DNA from: a virus
IMG/VR virus record: IMGVR_UViG_3300045999_010887
Location: 1-64,000 of that record
Reading direction: 5' to 3' (one strand)
Length of the DNA stretch: 64,000 bases
In this document: positions 1 through 9,215 of the stretch, piece after piece
How the letters are laid out: each line of letters opens with the position of its first letter
How positions within the stretch are numbered: the stretch's first letter is position 1
The notes under the pieces: generated by a model
Told to the model about the DNA's origin: nothing
The model's database searches: none
Seen by the model: only the letters and a program-made list of their open reading frames with translations
Made by a program: the position numbers and the translations under genes

Positions 1-121
1 TTGGAAGGTGCAGAGACTACTGGGTGTAACACGATCTTGTTACGTAATACCAGATTTAGCGTCCGGCATCCCACAGGGATGAAGAGATAGTCCACCCCTC
101 TAAGAAACTAGAGACCAGGAG
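1..121 (+). mobile_element. 3' part of a group I intron (IA-like) interrupting the major capsid gene
   Basis: R element GTGCAGAGACTA (8-19) and S element AAGAGATAGTCC (82-93) give P7 GACTA/TAGTC. P7.1 CTGG..CCAG (20-53), P8 CATCCC/GGGATG (67-81), P9 CTCTA/TAGAG (98-113), terminal G at 121. In-frame TAA at 101-103 blocks the capsid frame. Confidence 0.85.
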
Positions 122-1273
122 AACGACTTTCCAAAGATTTTAGGTGCGGAACTTTATCGTCCCCACCCTGCATATATTGCCGAGATGGCAGTGGAGCCCG
201 TGGTTGTCCACGACTTCACCCGCCAGCCTGGTCAAACCGTTCAGCTCGACCGCTATAAGTTCTGGGGTACCCCTGGTACGAAGGACAGCCGTGAGCGTAT
301 CGCTGACCAGACCATTGGTACTGCCAACAGCCGTAACATCACCAAGGAAAAAGTCCTGGTGGTGCTTAAGGAATACACTGGCCCTGCGGACCCGGGCGAT
401 CCGACCCAGCCTTCGACCTTCAAGATTGCACGTGAAACCCTGATTACCGCCCAGCGCCTGCTGCTGGACACCGGTAACCTGAACATGTTCCACCAGTCCA
501 TCGGCAGCCTCACCCTGCTGGATGACTATCGCCGGTGGCGTGATCGCGTGTTCATCGATGAACTCGCCAAAGCCGAAGCCAACGGTGAAGCTTCCAGTAC
601 TCAGGGTGGTTACTACTTCCCCGGTGGCAAGACCAAAGCTGCCAATGGTTCGATCTCGTACACCACTGCTGAGTACGCTGCTGATGTCCAGCAGTTCCAG
701 GTGCGCACCGACCTTCTGACCGTTGTCAAGGACCTGCGCAAGCGCAACGTTCCTACCTTCGCTGATGGTCTGTATCGCTGCATTTGCGATCCCACCTTCA
801 TGATGCACCTGCGTCGTGATCCTGATTTCCGTGAGATCGCTCGTTACAGCGGCAACCCTGGCCAAGGCATGTACATGGGCAACCCCATGATGCCTAACAA
901 CGCCAGCTTCTACATGGGTCCACAAGCTGGTCAGGGCTACTTCCTGGCTGGTGAGCCTGTGATGCCGACTGGTGTTCAGTTTGAAGGCGTGAAGTTCTTC
1001 GAGTCGACTAACTTCCCGACCAAGACTGTAAGCGCAAGCTTTACTGATACTCCTTCCTTCTCTAACCAGGAAGTTGCACAGGGTTATTTCTTCGGTCCTC
1101 AGTCGATTGGCGTTGGTATCGGTGGCCCGAATGCGCAGGTGCTCATCAACAACAACGACGACTTCAGCCGTTTCATCATTCTGATTTGGCAACTGTACGC
1201 CGGTTTTGAAATCCTGAACAAGGACTTTGTGACCACCGCGTTCAGCTTTGTCCAGGACGACGGCAGCATCTGA
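122..1273 (+). CDS. Major capsid protein, exon 2 (N4-gp56-like family inferred)
   Basis: Frame is open from 122 (NDFPKILGAELYRPHPAYIAE) into ORF 185..1273. Strong codon bias; first gene of the structural cluster. Confidence 0.8.
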   Translation, partial: NDFPKILGAELYRPHPAYIAEMAVEPVVVHDFTRQPGQTVQLDRYKFWGTPGTKDSRERIADQTIGTANSRNITKEKVLVVLKEYTGPADPGDPTQPSTFKIARETLITAQRLLLDTGNLNMFHQSIGSLTLLDDYRRWRDRVFIDELAKAEANGEASSTQGGYYFPGGKTKAANGSISYTTAEYAADVQQFQVRTDLLTVVKDLRKRNVPTFADGLYRCICDPTFMMHLRRDPDFREIARYSGNPGQGMYMGNPMMPNNASFYMGPQAGQGYFLAGEPVMPTGVQFEGVKFFESTNFPTKTVSASFTDTPSFSNQEVAQGYFFGPQSIGVGIGGPNAQVLINNNDDFSRFIILIWQLYAGFEILNKDFVTTAFSFVQDDGSI

Positions 1274-1308
1274 TAAAGAAAAATAAATCCAATTTAACGG
1301 AGAAATAA

Positions 1309-2106
1309 ATGTCTTATTTGTCTTCTAAAAAGATCTATCCAGGCAACTGGACCAACGCTCTGAACGGCTGGTACAAGAACATTGATACCAACGACAACGG
1401 TACCAATGATGCTTCCAAGGGCGGCCCCACTTCTGTGCTGGCCGTCCCTGGCTACCGCTATTTCCAGCAGCGTGGTTACGTGGCTGTTGCATGGGCCTCT
1501 GGCGATGCTGCAACCAAAGGCCAGACCATGGATGTGATCGTTCCTTCGCCTTACCGCCAGGACGACACCCGCCCCGACATCACTGGCATGGTGATCTCTG
1601 GTAGCGCCACCCAGCCTGTTTTCGTGTATCGCGCTGCGATCTCGGTTGCTTCTGGTTGGGGTGACGGTCGTGTTGCTACCGGCGTCTATGCCGCCACCGG
1701 TAACGTCATCACTTTCGGTGCTGGTCCTGCTGCTGTGACCGGTGTGGGTGAAGCCATTTCTCAGGCCAACCTCACCTCCACTGTCTCTGGCGACGCTTCC
1801 GCCAAGATTGTGTTTGCTGCTGGTACTCAGGCCCTCAGCTCCACTCCCTTCCTGACCGCTACCGGCGCTACCGGTGTTGGTCCTTCGGGCGTGTACAAGG
1901 TTCTCAGTGGTACTACCACCTTCAAGGTGTTTGCTCGTGGCACCACCACCGACACCGGCGTGTCTGGTGGCGTGTACCTGGCTGATGCTGATTTCAACGC
2001 TGGCCTGAAGGGTTACCTGGTGGTTGAGGTGTGTTACATCCAGCCTGACGAAGCTCCTGGCTACGAAGATATTGAAGAGTATATCCTCGGCCGCACTGTT
2101 AGCTGA
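1309..2106 (+). CDS. Virion structural protein (putative capsid decoration/minor capsid)
   Basis: Follows the capsid gene, GGAG SD, same codon bias, G/A/T-rich protein. Confidence 0.6.
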   Translation: MSYLSSKKIYPGNWTNALNGWYKNIDTNDNGTNDASKGGPTSVLAVPGYRYFQQRGYVAVAWASGDAATKGQTMDVIVPSPYRQDDTRPDITGMVISGSATQPVFVYRAAISVASGWGDGRVATGVYAATGNVITFGAGPAAVTGVGEAISQANLTSTVSGDASAKIVFAAGTQALSSTPFLTATGATGVGPSGVYKVLSGTTTFKVFARGTTTDTGVSGGVYLADADFNAGLKGYLVVEVCYIQPDEAPGYEDIEEYILGRTVS

Positions 2107-2147
2107 TTAGGTTAAACTAGGACCAGAAATTAAAACATCTGGTCCTT

Positions 2148-2558
2148 ATGCTTTATCAGCACCGCAAAACTGGCGCTCGCGTCAAAGTTGTAAGCGAATG
2201 GGATAACGGCGATTGGTTCATGGTTGAAGATCAGGACGGTCGCCTTTATACCGCTTACAAAAATGAATTGACCCCTGATGAAGCTGCAACTAAAAAAGTT
2301 GCTACTCTTCAGGTTAAGGATAAGGCAGCCCAAGAAGAGCCTCGTACTTTCCCACCCGAAACACGTTTAAATATCAATACCGCTACCCCGCAAATGATCG
2401 CGGATCACATCAAGGGTATCGGCCTTAAGACAGCTCGAGAGATTAAAGATCTTCAGATGTCCTTATCGGGTGAGAAGTTTAATAGCCTTGAGCAGTTAAG
2501 ACAGATTAAGCGTGTGGACTGGGAGGCAGTCCTTGCAGCCGACTTAATCAGGGTTTGA
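2148..2558 (+). CDS. Helix-hairpin-helix (ComEA-like) protein
   Basis: RLNINTAT...IKGIGLKTAREI...FNSLEQLRQI. Confidence 0.75.
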   Translation: MLYQHRKTGARVKVVSEWDNGDWFMVEDQDGRLYTAYKNELTPDEAATKKVATLQVKDKAAQEEPRTFPPETRLNINTATPQMIADHIKGIGLKTAREIKDLQMSLSGEKFNSLEQLRQIKRVDWEAVLAADLIRV

Positions 2559-2576
2559 TCCATTCATCACAAGACG

Positions 2577-2603
2577 AGACCCCTGGGAGACCAGGGGTTT
2601 TTT
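2577..2603 (+). terminator. Intrinsic terminator
   Basis: ACCCCTGG-GAGA-CCAGGGGT then T run. Confidence 0.85.
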
Positions 2604-2629
2604 CGTTTTAAAATAAAAAGAAAAAGATA

Positions 2630-3316
2630 ATGGCTGGCATTCAGTATTTTGGGCAAGTCGGATCGACTGGTGTATCAACCGGTCCGCATAAACACGTTTA
2701 CGTAAAAGAGTTAGCCACAGGCAAATACCTGGATCCAGCAACCATTCGCACTCCTCTCCTTGGTTTGCGTATTGGTGAAAAAAAGATACCTGCTTTAATT
2801 AAAACTGCAGACGGAAAGATTGATTTCAATCCAGCAGCAGGCATTACCCTTACATCACGATACGGACCTCGCAATGCGCCAACAGCTGGGGCAAGTTCTT
2901 TTCACCGCGGAGAAGATTGGGCTCTACCAGAAGGCACACCTATTTACTACGAAGGTGGCGGTAAATTTATTCCAAAAGCAAATCAAGGCGGCTACGGAAA
3001 TCTTGCAACGTTAGTAACTGGAGATAATAAATACGAGATTGGCTTGGGGCACATGAAGACTCTTGGCGGCGCTTCTGAATTGCCGCCAACAACACTTCCT
3101 GTAGATACTGCAACTTCTACGGCTTCAGCGTCCTCTGGATCTGGAGACGATTTAAATACGTTGATGTCTCTTTTGCAGTTAACTAAACCAAGGCAAAAGA
3201 CACTGCAAGAATCAATTCTTGAGCAGTCTTTAGGAGAAGCTTTAACACCAAAGCCAAGCATAGCGCAGCAATTCCTCCTGGAATATATGAACTCACCACT
3301 ACCTGGTGTCGGTTAA
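2630..3316 (+). CDS. M23 peptidase-domain virion protein
   Basis: TSRYGPR, HRGED, GGYGN, GHM motifs. Confidence 0.75.
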   Translation: MAGIQYFGQVGSTGVSTGPHKHVYVKELATGKYLDPATIRTPLLGLRIGEKKIPALIKTADGKIDFNPAAGITLTSRYGPRNAPTAGASSFHRGEDWALPEGTPIYYEGGGKFIPKANQGGYGNLATLVTGDNKYEIGLGHMKTLGGASELPPTTLPVDTATSTASASSGSGDDLNTLMSLLQLTKPRQKTLQESILEQSLGEALTPKPSIAQQFLLEYMNSPLPGVG

Positions 3317-3355
3317 ATTGATTACTTTATAATTAAACTATAACGAAAGGTAGAC

Positions 3356-3817
3356 GTGCAGTTATCTGACTTCGACAAAAGTAGAGTTAGGTATCACCTG
3401 GGCTACTTTACCGTGTCTGTTCCAGCGGGTGATTATGCTCGTTTGGAAGAAGCAATGAATACCATTCCGGATTCATACTTCTACGACAAGGTTGTTATTC
3501 AGCTTGGTCGTTGTGATACAGCTGAAAAGAAAACAGAAGTTGCATCAACACCTTCTACGCGAATTGAAAGCATCCTCGGCGACGTGGACCGTACAATTCG
3601 CTCTAGTAATGCCAAAGAGGCATTAAAGGTTTGGGATGAGATTTATCTCTACGAAACCAATCGTCTTGCTGGCATCCTTTATGTCCCGAACTACAAGGAC
3701 CCCTTCCAAGCCAGATACCGTTACGAACGCTCTGGTGCTGAGTTTATTCAAGCTTTACCTGGTCCTGCTGACACTGCAGTGGGCTCTCGTCTTTATCTTC
3801 ATGAGGTTTGGCGCTAA
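3356..3817 (+). CDS. Putative head completion/adaptor protein
   Basis: 153-aa ORF in the structural cluster; function inferred from position. Confidence 0.45.
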   Translation: MQLSDFDKSRVRYHLGYFTVSVPAGDYARLEEAMNTIPDSYFYDKVVIQLGRCDTAEKKTEVASTPSTRIESILGDVDRTIRSSNAKEALKVWDEIYLYETNRLAGILYVPNYKDPFQARYRYERSGAEFIQALPGPADTAVGSRLYLHEVWR

Positions 3818-3819
3818 TC

Positions 3820-4647
3820 ATGGCCATTGATATTTTTAAAGCGATTCAAGCTGCAGGTGTTCCATCTCCTTTGTTTCAACGGCAGAAAGCCAAGCCAAAA
3901 TCTTTTATTGAGATGGCGGCCTCTGCCCCAATGGCAGCTTCTCCACTGTTTAAATTCCCTGGACAGACTGCACCTTATGCTGTGCCAGCGACTGTCCCAG
4001 CCGCTCAAGTAGCCACTGGAGCACCAGCCGCCGCAGAACGTGCTTATCAAACAGAAAAGGCTCGTGTTGCACAGATGGCAGCTCAAAACCCAGAACTACA
4101 GCGTTACGAAGCAGCACGCAAGATTGCAGCAGCTAAAGGTGCAACGCCTGAGCAAGTGCAGTCTGCAGAAGATCTCGGGATGCAGATGTGGGCTAAAGCC
4201 AACCCCACACTTGCAGCTAAGGTAAAGCCTGGGCAGTCTGGATATGAAGCCATTCAAGGGATTGTTGGCCCCAGTGCAGCGTCTGCGTTAAGTAATCAAC
4301 AAGTTTTAGGTGTCATGAGTTTTGACCCTAATACTGTTTTAACTACAACACAGAACATTCAAGGTCAGTTTCGTCCCAATCAACAACTTACGGATCAAGA
4401 GATTCTTGCTGCCATGAGTTTTGATCCTAATGTTGCTATGCGCAGCGCAGCAAACATTGCGTATGCACCAATGTCTGCCGCAGAATCTGCCATGCTCCAA
4501 GAGGTGGGCGGTCCCCAAGGTGAGTACATCACTCCCATGGATTCTTTTGTACCACCCGCTCAAAAGCGTCGCGAAGCCAATCAAGCTGCATCTCCGGATG
4601 CATTTGCTCGGATTCTTGAAGGAATTCGTTTATATGGTGGGGGTTAA
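3820..4647 (+). CDS. Ala/Gln-rich putative internal virion protein
   Basis: ORF with an internal MSFDPN repeat. Confidence 0.5.
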   Translation: MAIDIFKAIQAAGVPSPLFQRQKAKPKSFIEMAASAPMAASPLFKFPGQTAPYAVPATVPAAQVATGAPAAAERAYQTEKARVAQMAAQNPELQRYEAARKIAAAKGATPEQVQSAEDLGMQMWAKANPTLAAKVKPGQSGYEAIQGIVGPSAASALSNQQVLGVMSFDPNTVLTTTQNIQGQFRPNQQLTDQEILAAMSFDPNVAMRSAANIAYAPMSAAESAMLQEVGGPQGEYITPMDSFVPPAQKRREANQAASPDAFARILEGIRLYGGG

Positions 4648-4738
4648 TATAAATTGACTGGCGTTGCTTTGCATGTAAGCCCAGCCTGCTGGACAGGAAT
4701 CCTTGATTCACGGGGGCCAGCGTTGTTGCTTTAAAACC

Positions 4739-4855
4739 ATGATTCTCTGTCCCAATTTTGTTAAACGAACCCTGACTCATCTGGCGGTCGCACTTACTCT
4801 TCAAACAGTGTTTATTCCCGGTCTCAGGGCAAGTTCAAATTGGGTAGGAGCATAA
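4739..4855 (+). CDS. 38-aa hydrophobic peptide (not in ORF track)
   Basis: [38 protein letters not shown]. Confidence 0.4.
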   Translation: MILCPNFVKRTLTHLAVALTLQTVFIPGLRASSNWVGA

Positions 4856-4865
4856 GCAGAAAACC

Positions 4866-5492
4866 ATGTCTTACACCAGCGAACAACTTAAAGAGATTGC
4901 GAGGGAAAAGGCTCGCACTTACGGTGTAAACGAAGACATCTTTCTGCGTCTTGTAGGAGCAGAATCAGGCTGGAATCCACGTGCCAAAAGCGGTGCTGGC
5001 GCCGAAGGTCTAGGCCAACTTATGCCGGGAACTGCTCAAGGTCTTGGTGTAACCAATCCCTATGATCCTGTCCAGAATTTGACGGGCAGCGCCCGCTATC
5101 TGAGCCAACAGCTCAAGCGTTTTGGTTCTTACGACAAAGCACTGGCAGCGTACAACGCAGGTCCAGGTAACGTCGAACGGTATGGTGGCATCCCACCCTT
5201 CAAGGAAACACAGAACTATGTGAAAAAAATCCTTGGTGGTGCCGATATTGCAGCCCAGCCAAAACCTCAGGTGCAGGAACCAACCACGTCTGGACCACAA
5301 GTACAAGATTTTTTGAAGGGGTTTCTTCTTCAAAACTTGTTGATTGGCAACCAAAACGTTGCACCTTCCATTGGCGAGCAGTTACTTAAAACTGCATTCC
5401 AACGCCCAATGACTGAGGTAGAGACGGATATCTCAACGGCGTCTTTGTTTACACCAAGGACACAATTTTTGGAATCCCTGACTCAGTTTTGA
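4866..5492 (+). CDS. Lytic transglycosylase (SLT domain)
   Basis: [33 protein letters not shown]. Confidence 0.92.
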   Translation: MSYTSEQLKEIAREKARTYGVNEDIFLRLVGAESGWNPRAKSGAGAEGLGQLMPGTAQGLGVTNPYDPVQNLTGSARYLSQQLKRFGSYDKALAAYNAGPGNVERYGGIPPFKETQNYVKKILGGADIAAQPKPQVQEPTTSGPQVQDFLKGFLLQNLLIGNQNVAPSIGEQLLKTAFQRPMTEVETDISTASLFTPRTQFLESLTQF

Positions 5493-5497
5493 CTTTT

Positions 5498-5523
5498 AGG
5501 CTTCACGTGAGTGGAGCCTTTTT
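5498..5523 (+). terminator. Intrinsic terminator
   Basis: AGGCTTCAC-GTGA-GTGGAGCCT then TTTT. Confidence 0.75.
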
Positions 5524-5601
5524 CATTGAGTTTTTTACGTTAGAATTTATTTACAAGAATGCGAAAGCAGTCATAAAACTGCTACATCTGGGAGGTTTAT
5601 T

Positions 5602-6381
5602 TTGAGCTCTACTAGTAGCAACAAGCAGCCCCTATTTATCGACCGTCCGTTGTTTGATACGGTACGTGTTACCACTCAGACTGTTGGTAGTCAAGCCAGT
5701 AATACGGTATTTGTCCAAGGCGGCCAGGCCCCATCGATTTTGGTGGACATGGACGCTGCTCTTAGTGAAGACAATAACAGCGGTGGTGTTGTTGATTCCA
5801 TTACGATTGTTCGCAACGATCGCTATCGGGATGCTGATTACACCGTTAACGCCAGTACTTCTGGAACTGTTGTTGCTTTAACAAGTGGTCAAGTTGTTTA
5901 CGTTCAGTCATCTGCAGTATTGACCAACGGTACGGCCAGTGGTGTTGGTTACTACACCTATACCGGCTCCGGTACGTTGACCGGCGTAAATACAGCCCTT
6001 AATTATTCTGGCGCCATTGCCAGTGGCTTCCAATATCAAGGTGTTGCGTACGGCTATCAACCTGCTGTAACTTTTGTTTTTTATCAGACACGTAATACCA
6101 CCACTCCGATTCCTGCTAGCGGTGATTACCGCGTACTGTTTGCAAAGACAGTACCTGCAAACAGTGGTGTAGTTGACTGCTCAGACGTAATGCCTCAGCT
6201 GGCCATTCCGATGCCAAGTGCAGGCAACACTAACGGCTTGGGTCCAAGTGCTCCACTACGCAACAAAGGAATTTACCTGGAACGAGGCGACCGAATTTAT
6301 GTCGGAGTATTTGCGGAAGGTCCAAACATTTCTGGGTATACACCAGGCGCACATATTTATGCGCAAGGCGGTTTCTTCTGA
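5602..6381 (+). CDS. Virion structural protein
   Basis: TTG start after a GGAGG SD; beta-rich composition. Confidence 0.55.
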   Translation: MSSTSSNKQPLFIDRPLFDTVRVTTQTVGSQASNTVFVQGGQAPSILVDMDAALSEDNNSGGVVDSITIVRNDRYRDADYTVNASTSGTVVALTSGQVVYVQSSAVLTNGTASGVGYYTYTGSGTLTGVNTALNYSGAIASGFQYQGVAYGYQPAVTFVFYQTRNTTTPIPASGDYRVLFAKTVPANSGVVDCSDVMPQLAIPMPSAGNTNGLGPSAPLRNKGIYLERGDRIYVGVFAEGPNISGYTPGAHIYAQGGFF

Positions 6382-6387
6382 TAAATT

Positions 6388-7926
6388 GTGACAAAACAAA
6401 AGGGCGCATTTGGATCCTTTTCTTCCTTTACTAAGGAAAAAGATAAGGATCCTTTTCGTCTAAAACCAATTACAACTGAGTTTTCTAAAGGATCAATTCC
6501 TGATTCACTCAGCACTGTAAATAGAGAATCTGCGTGGTCTAGATGGCGTCGTGGCTACGAACTTGCGACGGCAACTTTTTATGACAACGATTTCTCGTAT
6601 TCTTTTCAATATCAAATTCCAGTTCCTTCTGGCACGCCAAGTTCTGTCGCTAATCCAAACCCAATCATTTCAGGTGTCTTTGTAGGTTTCCCAACAACAA
6701 ATAAAGAGTTGGGAATGCATTGGGCTGGATGGCGTTATGCAGGCTCGATGAGGAGCGATAAATTAAAAGATCCGATTACAAATCAGAACCTATTCATTGA
6801 ATCTATTACAGAAGATGCAACGAATTGGTACGTAAAACTTGCGGGATCCTGGAGCCCAGCCAATCCCCTTCCGCCTCCTTTTTACGTAGCTGTACCTGGT
6901 GTTCCAGGGGGATTAAAACCTTTGATCACAGAGATCCTGGAAGATCGTGTGATTACTGTTAACGGTGAAATTATTGATAAGGATACGATTGATCCGACTA
7001 CACAAAAACGATACGGATACGTACAAGCCGTCCTTACGGCTGTGAATCAGAATACTGGAATTCTCACATTCAAAAAGGCTGGTTCAGTGCAGGTGACACC
7101 GGACCAAGAATACATCACACCTTCTCCTGCAAAGTTTACGGTAGGCAGGTACCTTATTACTGGTGCAAGATTTTGTTGTTCATGTCAAGATTTTACACAT
7201 CGTGATTATTCTTTTTTAACGAATCCAGCTGCGAGCGACAGGAGATTTTTCCCAAGGAATAGTATTGCTTCCGTCAAGCCTGGACGATATGAAGTCACCA
7301 CACTCAGCGGGGTGGTTGACAACAATGTAATGAACGATGCATCCGTCAATAGAAAGATGGACGTTTATGCCCCTTCGGGATACACTGTTCCATTTTCTCT
7401 TTCTACAACAACTAAAGTTGATAATAATGCGGCTCGCGACAATATAGGTGTTTATAGAGAATTTGGATCAACTTATTTAAGAAGTACATCTAATCCAGCC
7501 ATCCCTGGTGCAAAAGCAGAAGGAATGCCTGGTTATAACGATTACACCACAGAGCAAGGAGTAATCACATCTATTACAGACAACTGGACTCCCCTGCTTG
7601 ATGAAATGCGTTACTGCAAGCATATCTATGCGCTTAAGTTTAAAGACAATACGTTTCCTCCAGAGCCTTCTGATTTCCCCGTGCAAATAGGAAGCATGGC
7701 AGCATGGGAACAAAAACTTGTTGTAAATACAGAAAATGAACAGAAAGAAGCAGTTTCCTTCTTGATGACGAAGAAATCCCTGGCGGATATGGACGTACCG
7801 CCTTACAACTGCCAGAGTCCCATGATGATGCCAATGATGCAGAAGCTTTTCAATGTTCCTGCTGATTTCATTGTCATGAGCGGGTTTACCATGTTTGACA
7901 AGAATGGTCAACCCTATAAACCTTAA
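6388..7926 (+). CDS. Hypothetical protein with a split SWIM-type Zn finger
   Basis: CSCQDF ... YCKHIYAL, separated by ~140 aa. Confidence 0.6.
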   Translation: MTKQKGAFGSFSSFTKEKDKDPFRLKPITTEFSKGSIPDSLSTVNRESAWSRWRRGYELATATFYDNDFSYSFQYQIPVPSGTPSSVANPNPIISGVFVGFPTTNKELGMHWAGWRYAGSMRSDKLKDPITNQNLFIESITEDATNWYVKLAGSWSPANPLPPPFYVAVPGVPGGLKPLITEILEDRVITVNGEIIDKDTIDPTTQKRYGYVQAVLTAVNQNTGILTFKKAGSVQVTPDQEYITPSPAKFTVGRYLITGARFCCSCQDFTHRDYSFLTNPAASDRRFFPRNSIASVKPGRYEVTTLSGVVDNNVMNDASVNRKMDVYAPSGYTVPFSLSTTTKVDNNAARDNIGVYREFGSTYLRSTSNPAIPGAKAEGMPGYNDYTTEQGVITSITDNWTPLLDEMRYCKHIYALKFKDNTFPPEPSDFPVQIGSMAAWEQKLVVNTENEQKEAVSFLMTKKSLADMDVPPYNCQSPMMMPMMQKLFNVPADFIVMSGFTMFDKNGQPYKP

Positions 7927-7952
7927 AGTTTTAAATAAAGTATACTTATATT

Positions 7953-7968
7953 AAGTCTCATGAGACTT
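7953..7968. promoter_or_regulatory. Perfect 16-bp palindrome, putative operator
   Basis: AAGTCTCATGAGACTT, intergenic, next to a TATACT box. Confidence 0.5.
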
Positions 7969-8042
7969 GTTAGGAATTCCTTAAGAAGCGGCGACCAGTG
8001 ATCTACGATTCCTAGGTTCTGGGGACGCAGCTCATCTCAGCC

Positions 8043-8465
8043 ATGACTCAGACCATCCCTGTGGACCAGCGGATTGTAGATTCGTATTTTCAGCTTGATA
8101 GCCAGCGCAGTAATAAAGGTGCTGCCTGGCTGTTCGGTATGATTGCAACCTACGGCATCAAGCCAGAAGATCTTTCATCCTTTGATTGGGGGCCAGGCAA
8201 CACCCTGGTGCTCACAACTAAAAAGCGTCCGATTAGCCCATTGCATCCGCAATGGGTTGTTTTGTTTAACTTACAAAAAAAGCGGCCTTGCGAAATGCAT
8301 GACCGCTTAGGTTCCCTCGCTCCTCAACTGTATCGTCTGATGGCTCACCAGGCCATTGACGTTAATGTGACAGATTTACTGTTGGCATATAGCATGCGCA
8401 AAAAGCATTACAAATCCATCAAGCAGCGCCCGCCAGCTCTTCTTGCTTGCGTAGGTGCTTCCTGA
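8043..8465 (+). CDS. Truncated, degenerate tyrosine-recombinase-like protein
   Basis: WLFGMIATYGIKPEDL and PLHPQWV resemble cyanobacterial integrase segments (GMLATYGLRPHE; PLxPEWV). Catalytic Arg is replaced by Lys and there is no HxxR box. Confidence 0.55.
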   Translation: MTQTIPVDQRIVDSYFQLDSQRSNKGAAWLFGMIATYGIKPEDLSSFDWGPGNTLVLTTKKRPISPLHPQWVVLFNLQKKRPCEMHDRLGSLAPQLYRLMAHQAIDVNVTDLLLAYSMRKKHYKSIKQRPPALLACVGAS

Positions 8466-8637
8466 CTGCCCCTACATTCCAGCGATAACCGTCCCTAGAG
8501 CGAGTCTCAGGGAAGGCAGCGAAGTGCGGGCCAAGCTTTAGCGTCCCATCATCACGCATGCGAAAGAGCTCCTTGCGGTCAATCCCAAGGAGCTCTTCTG
8601 CTCGTGCGACGGAGACCCAACCTTTGCTTTGAGCCAT
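8419..8637 (-). CDS. Excisionase-like winged-HTH protein
   Basis: WVSVARAEELLGIDRKEL...GPHF...YRWNV; TTGACT-16-TACTGT promoter upstream. Confidence 0.6.
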   Translation of the reverse strand: MAQSKGWVSVARAEELLGIDRKELFRMRDDGTLKLGPHFAAFPETRSRDGYRWNVGAVRKHLRKQEELAGAA

Positions 8638-8777
8638 GACGTAGATGTCAGGGTGAACAACTCTCGTACAGTAACGGTTCAGGACCTCGAGTCAAGGGTA
8701 CTTATACTTTTTTAAGGCCAAGGTGAAGTTCTGTAAAGCCTAAAGAAATTAGAATGAGTTAACGGCTGCTAAAGAGT

Positions 8778-9215
8778 ATGTATTACAGCGAGCATGAGCC
8801 CATCGCCTTACTCGTTGAAGTTACTCCAAAATTAGCAAAGAAACGATTTAGAGACGAGATTTATAAATCCTGGAACCACGAATGCGCTTATTGTGGTGAT
8901 GGCGCCACAAGTTTGGATCATGTCATCCCTCGTCATAAGTCTGGCGAAACAACACGTAAAAACTTAGTGCCAGCGTGTCGACGGTGCAATGCATCCAAGG
9001 CTTCCTATAAGTTACATGAATGGTATTTACAACAAGATTTCTTTTCCAAAGCTAGGCTCAATAGAATTGAAAGATGGATTGATCAAGATCCTTTCCAGGT
9101 ATTGAATTGGGAAAGAGAGGGAAACCATTCTTTAGTTCACTTTAATTATGTCGGACAAACCAAAGAAGGCTGTGGCTGCAGCCAAGCGATACCAGAAGGA
9201 CAAGATGGCGTGTAA
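8778..9215 (+). CDS. HNH endonuclease
   Basis: CAYCG...LDHVIP...NLVPACRRCNASK. Confidence 0.9.
   Translation: MYYSEHEPIALLVEVTPKLAKKRFRDEIYKSWNHECAYCGDGATSLDHVIPRHKSGETTRKNLVPACRRCNASKASYKLHEWYLQQDFFSKARLNRIERWIDQDPFQVLNWEREGNHSLVHFNYVGQTKEGCGCSQAIPEGQDGV

Noticed and set aside
140-1192. Long antisense ORFs (also 45825-46430 and those opposite the tail fibre)
   Set aside because: Shadows of strongly codon-biased genes on the other strand.
7180-7630. Intein inside the SWIM protein
   Set aside because: No C/S...HN-C/S/T splice motifs or LAGLIDADG blocks.
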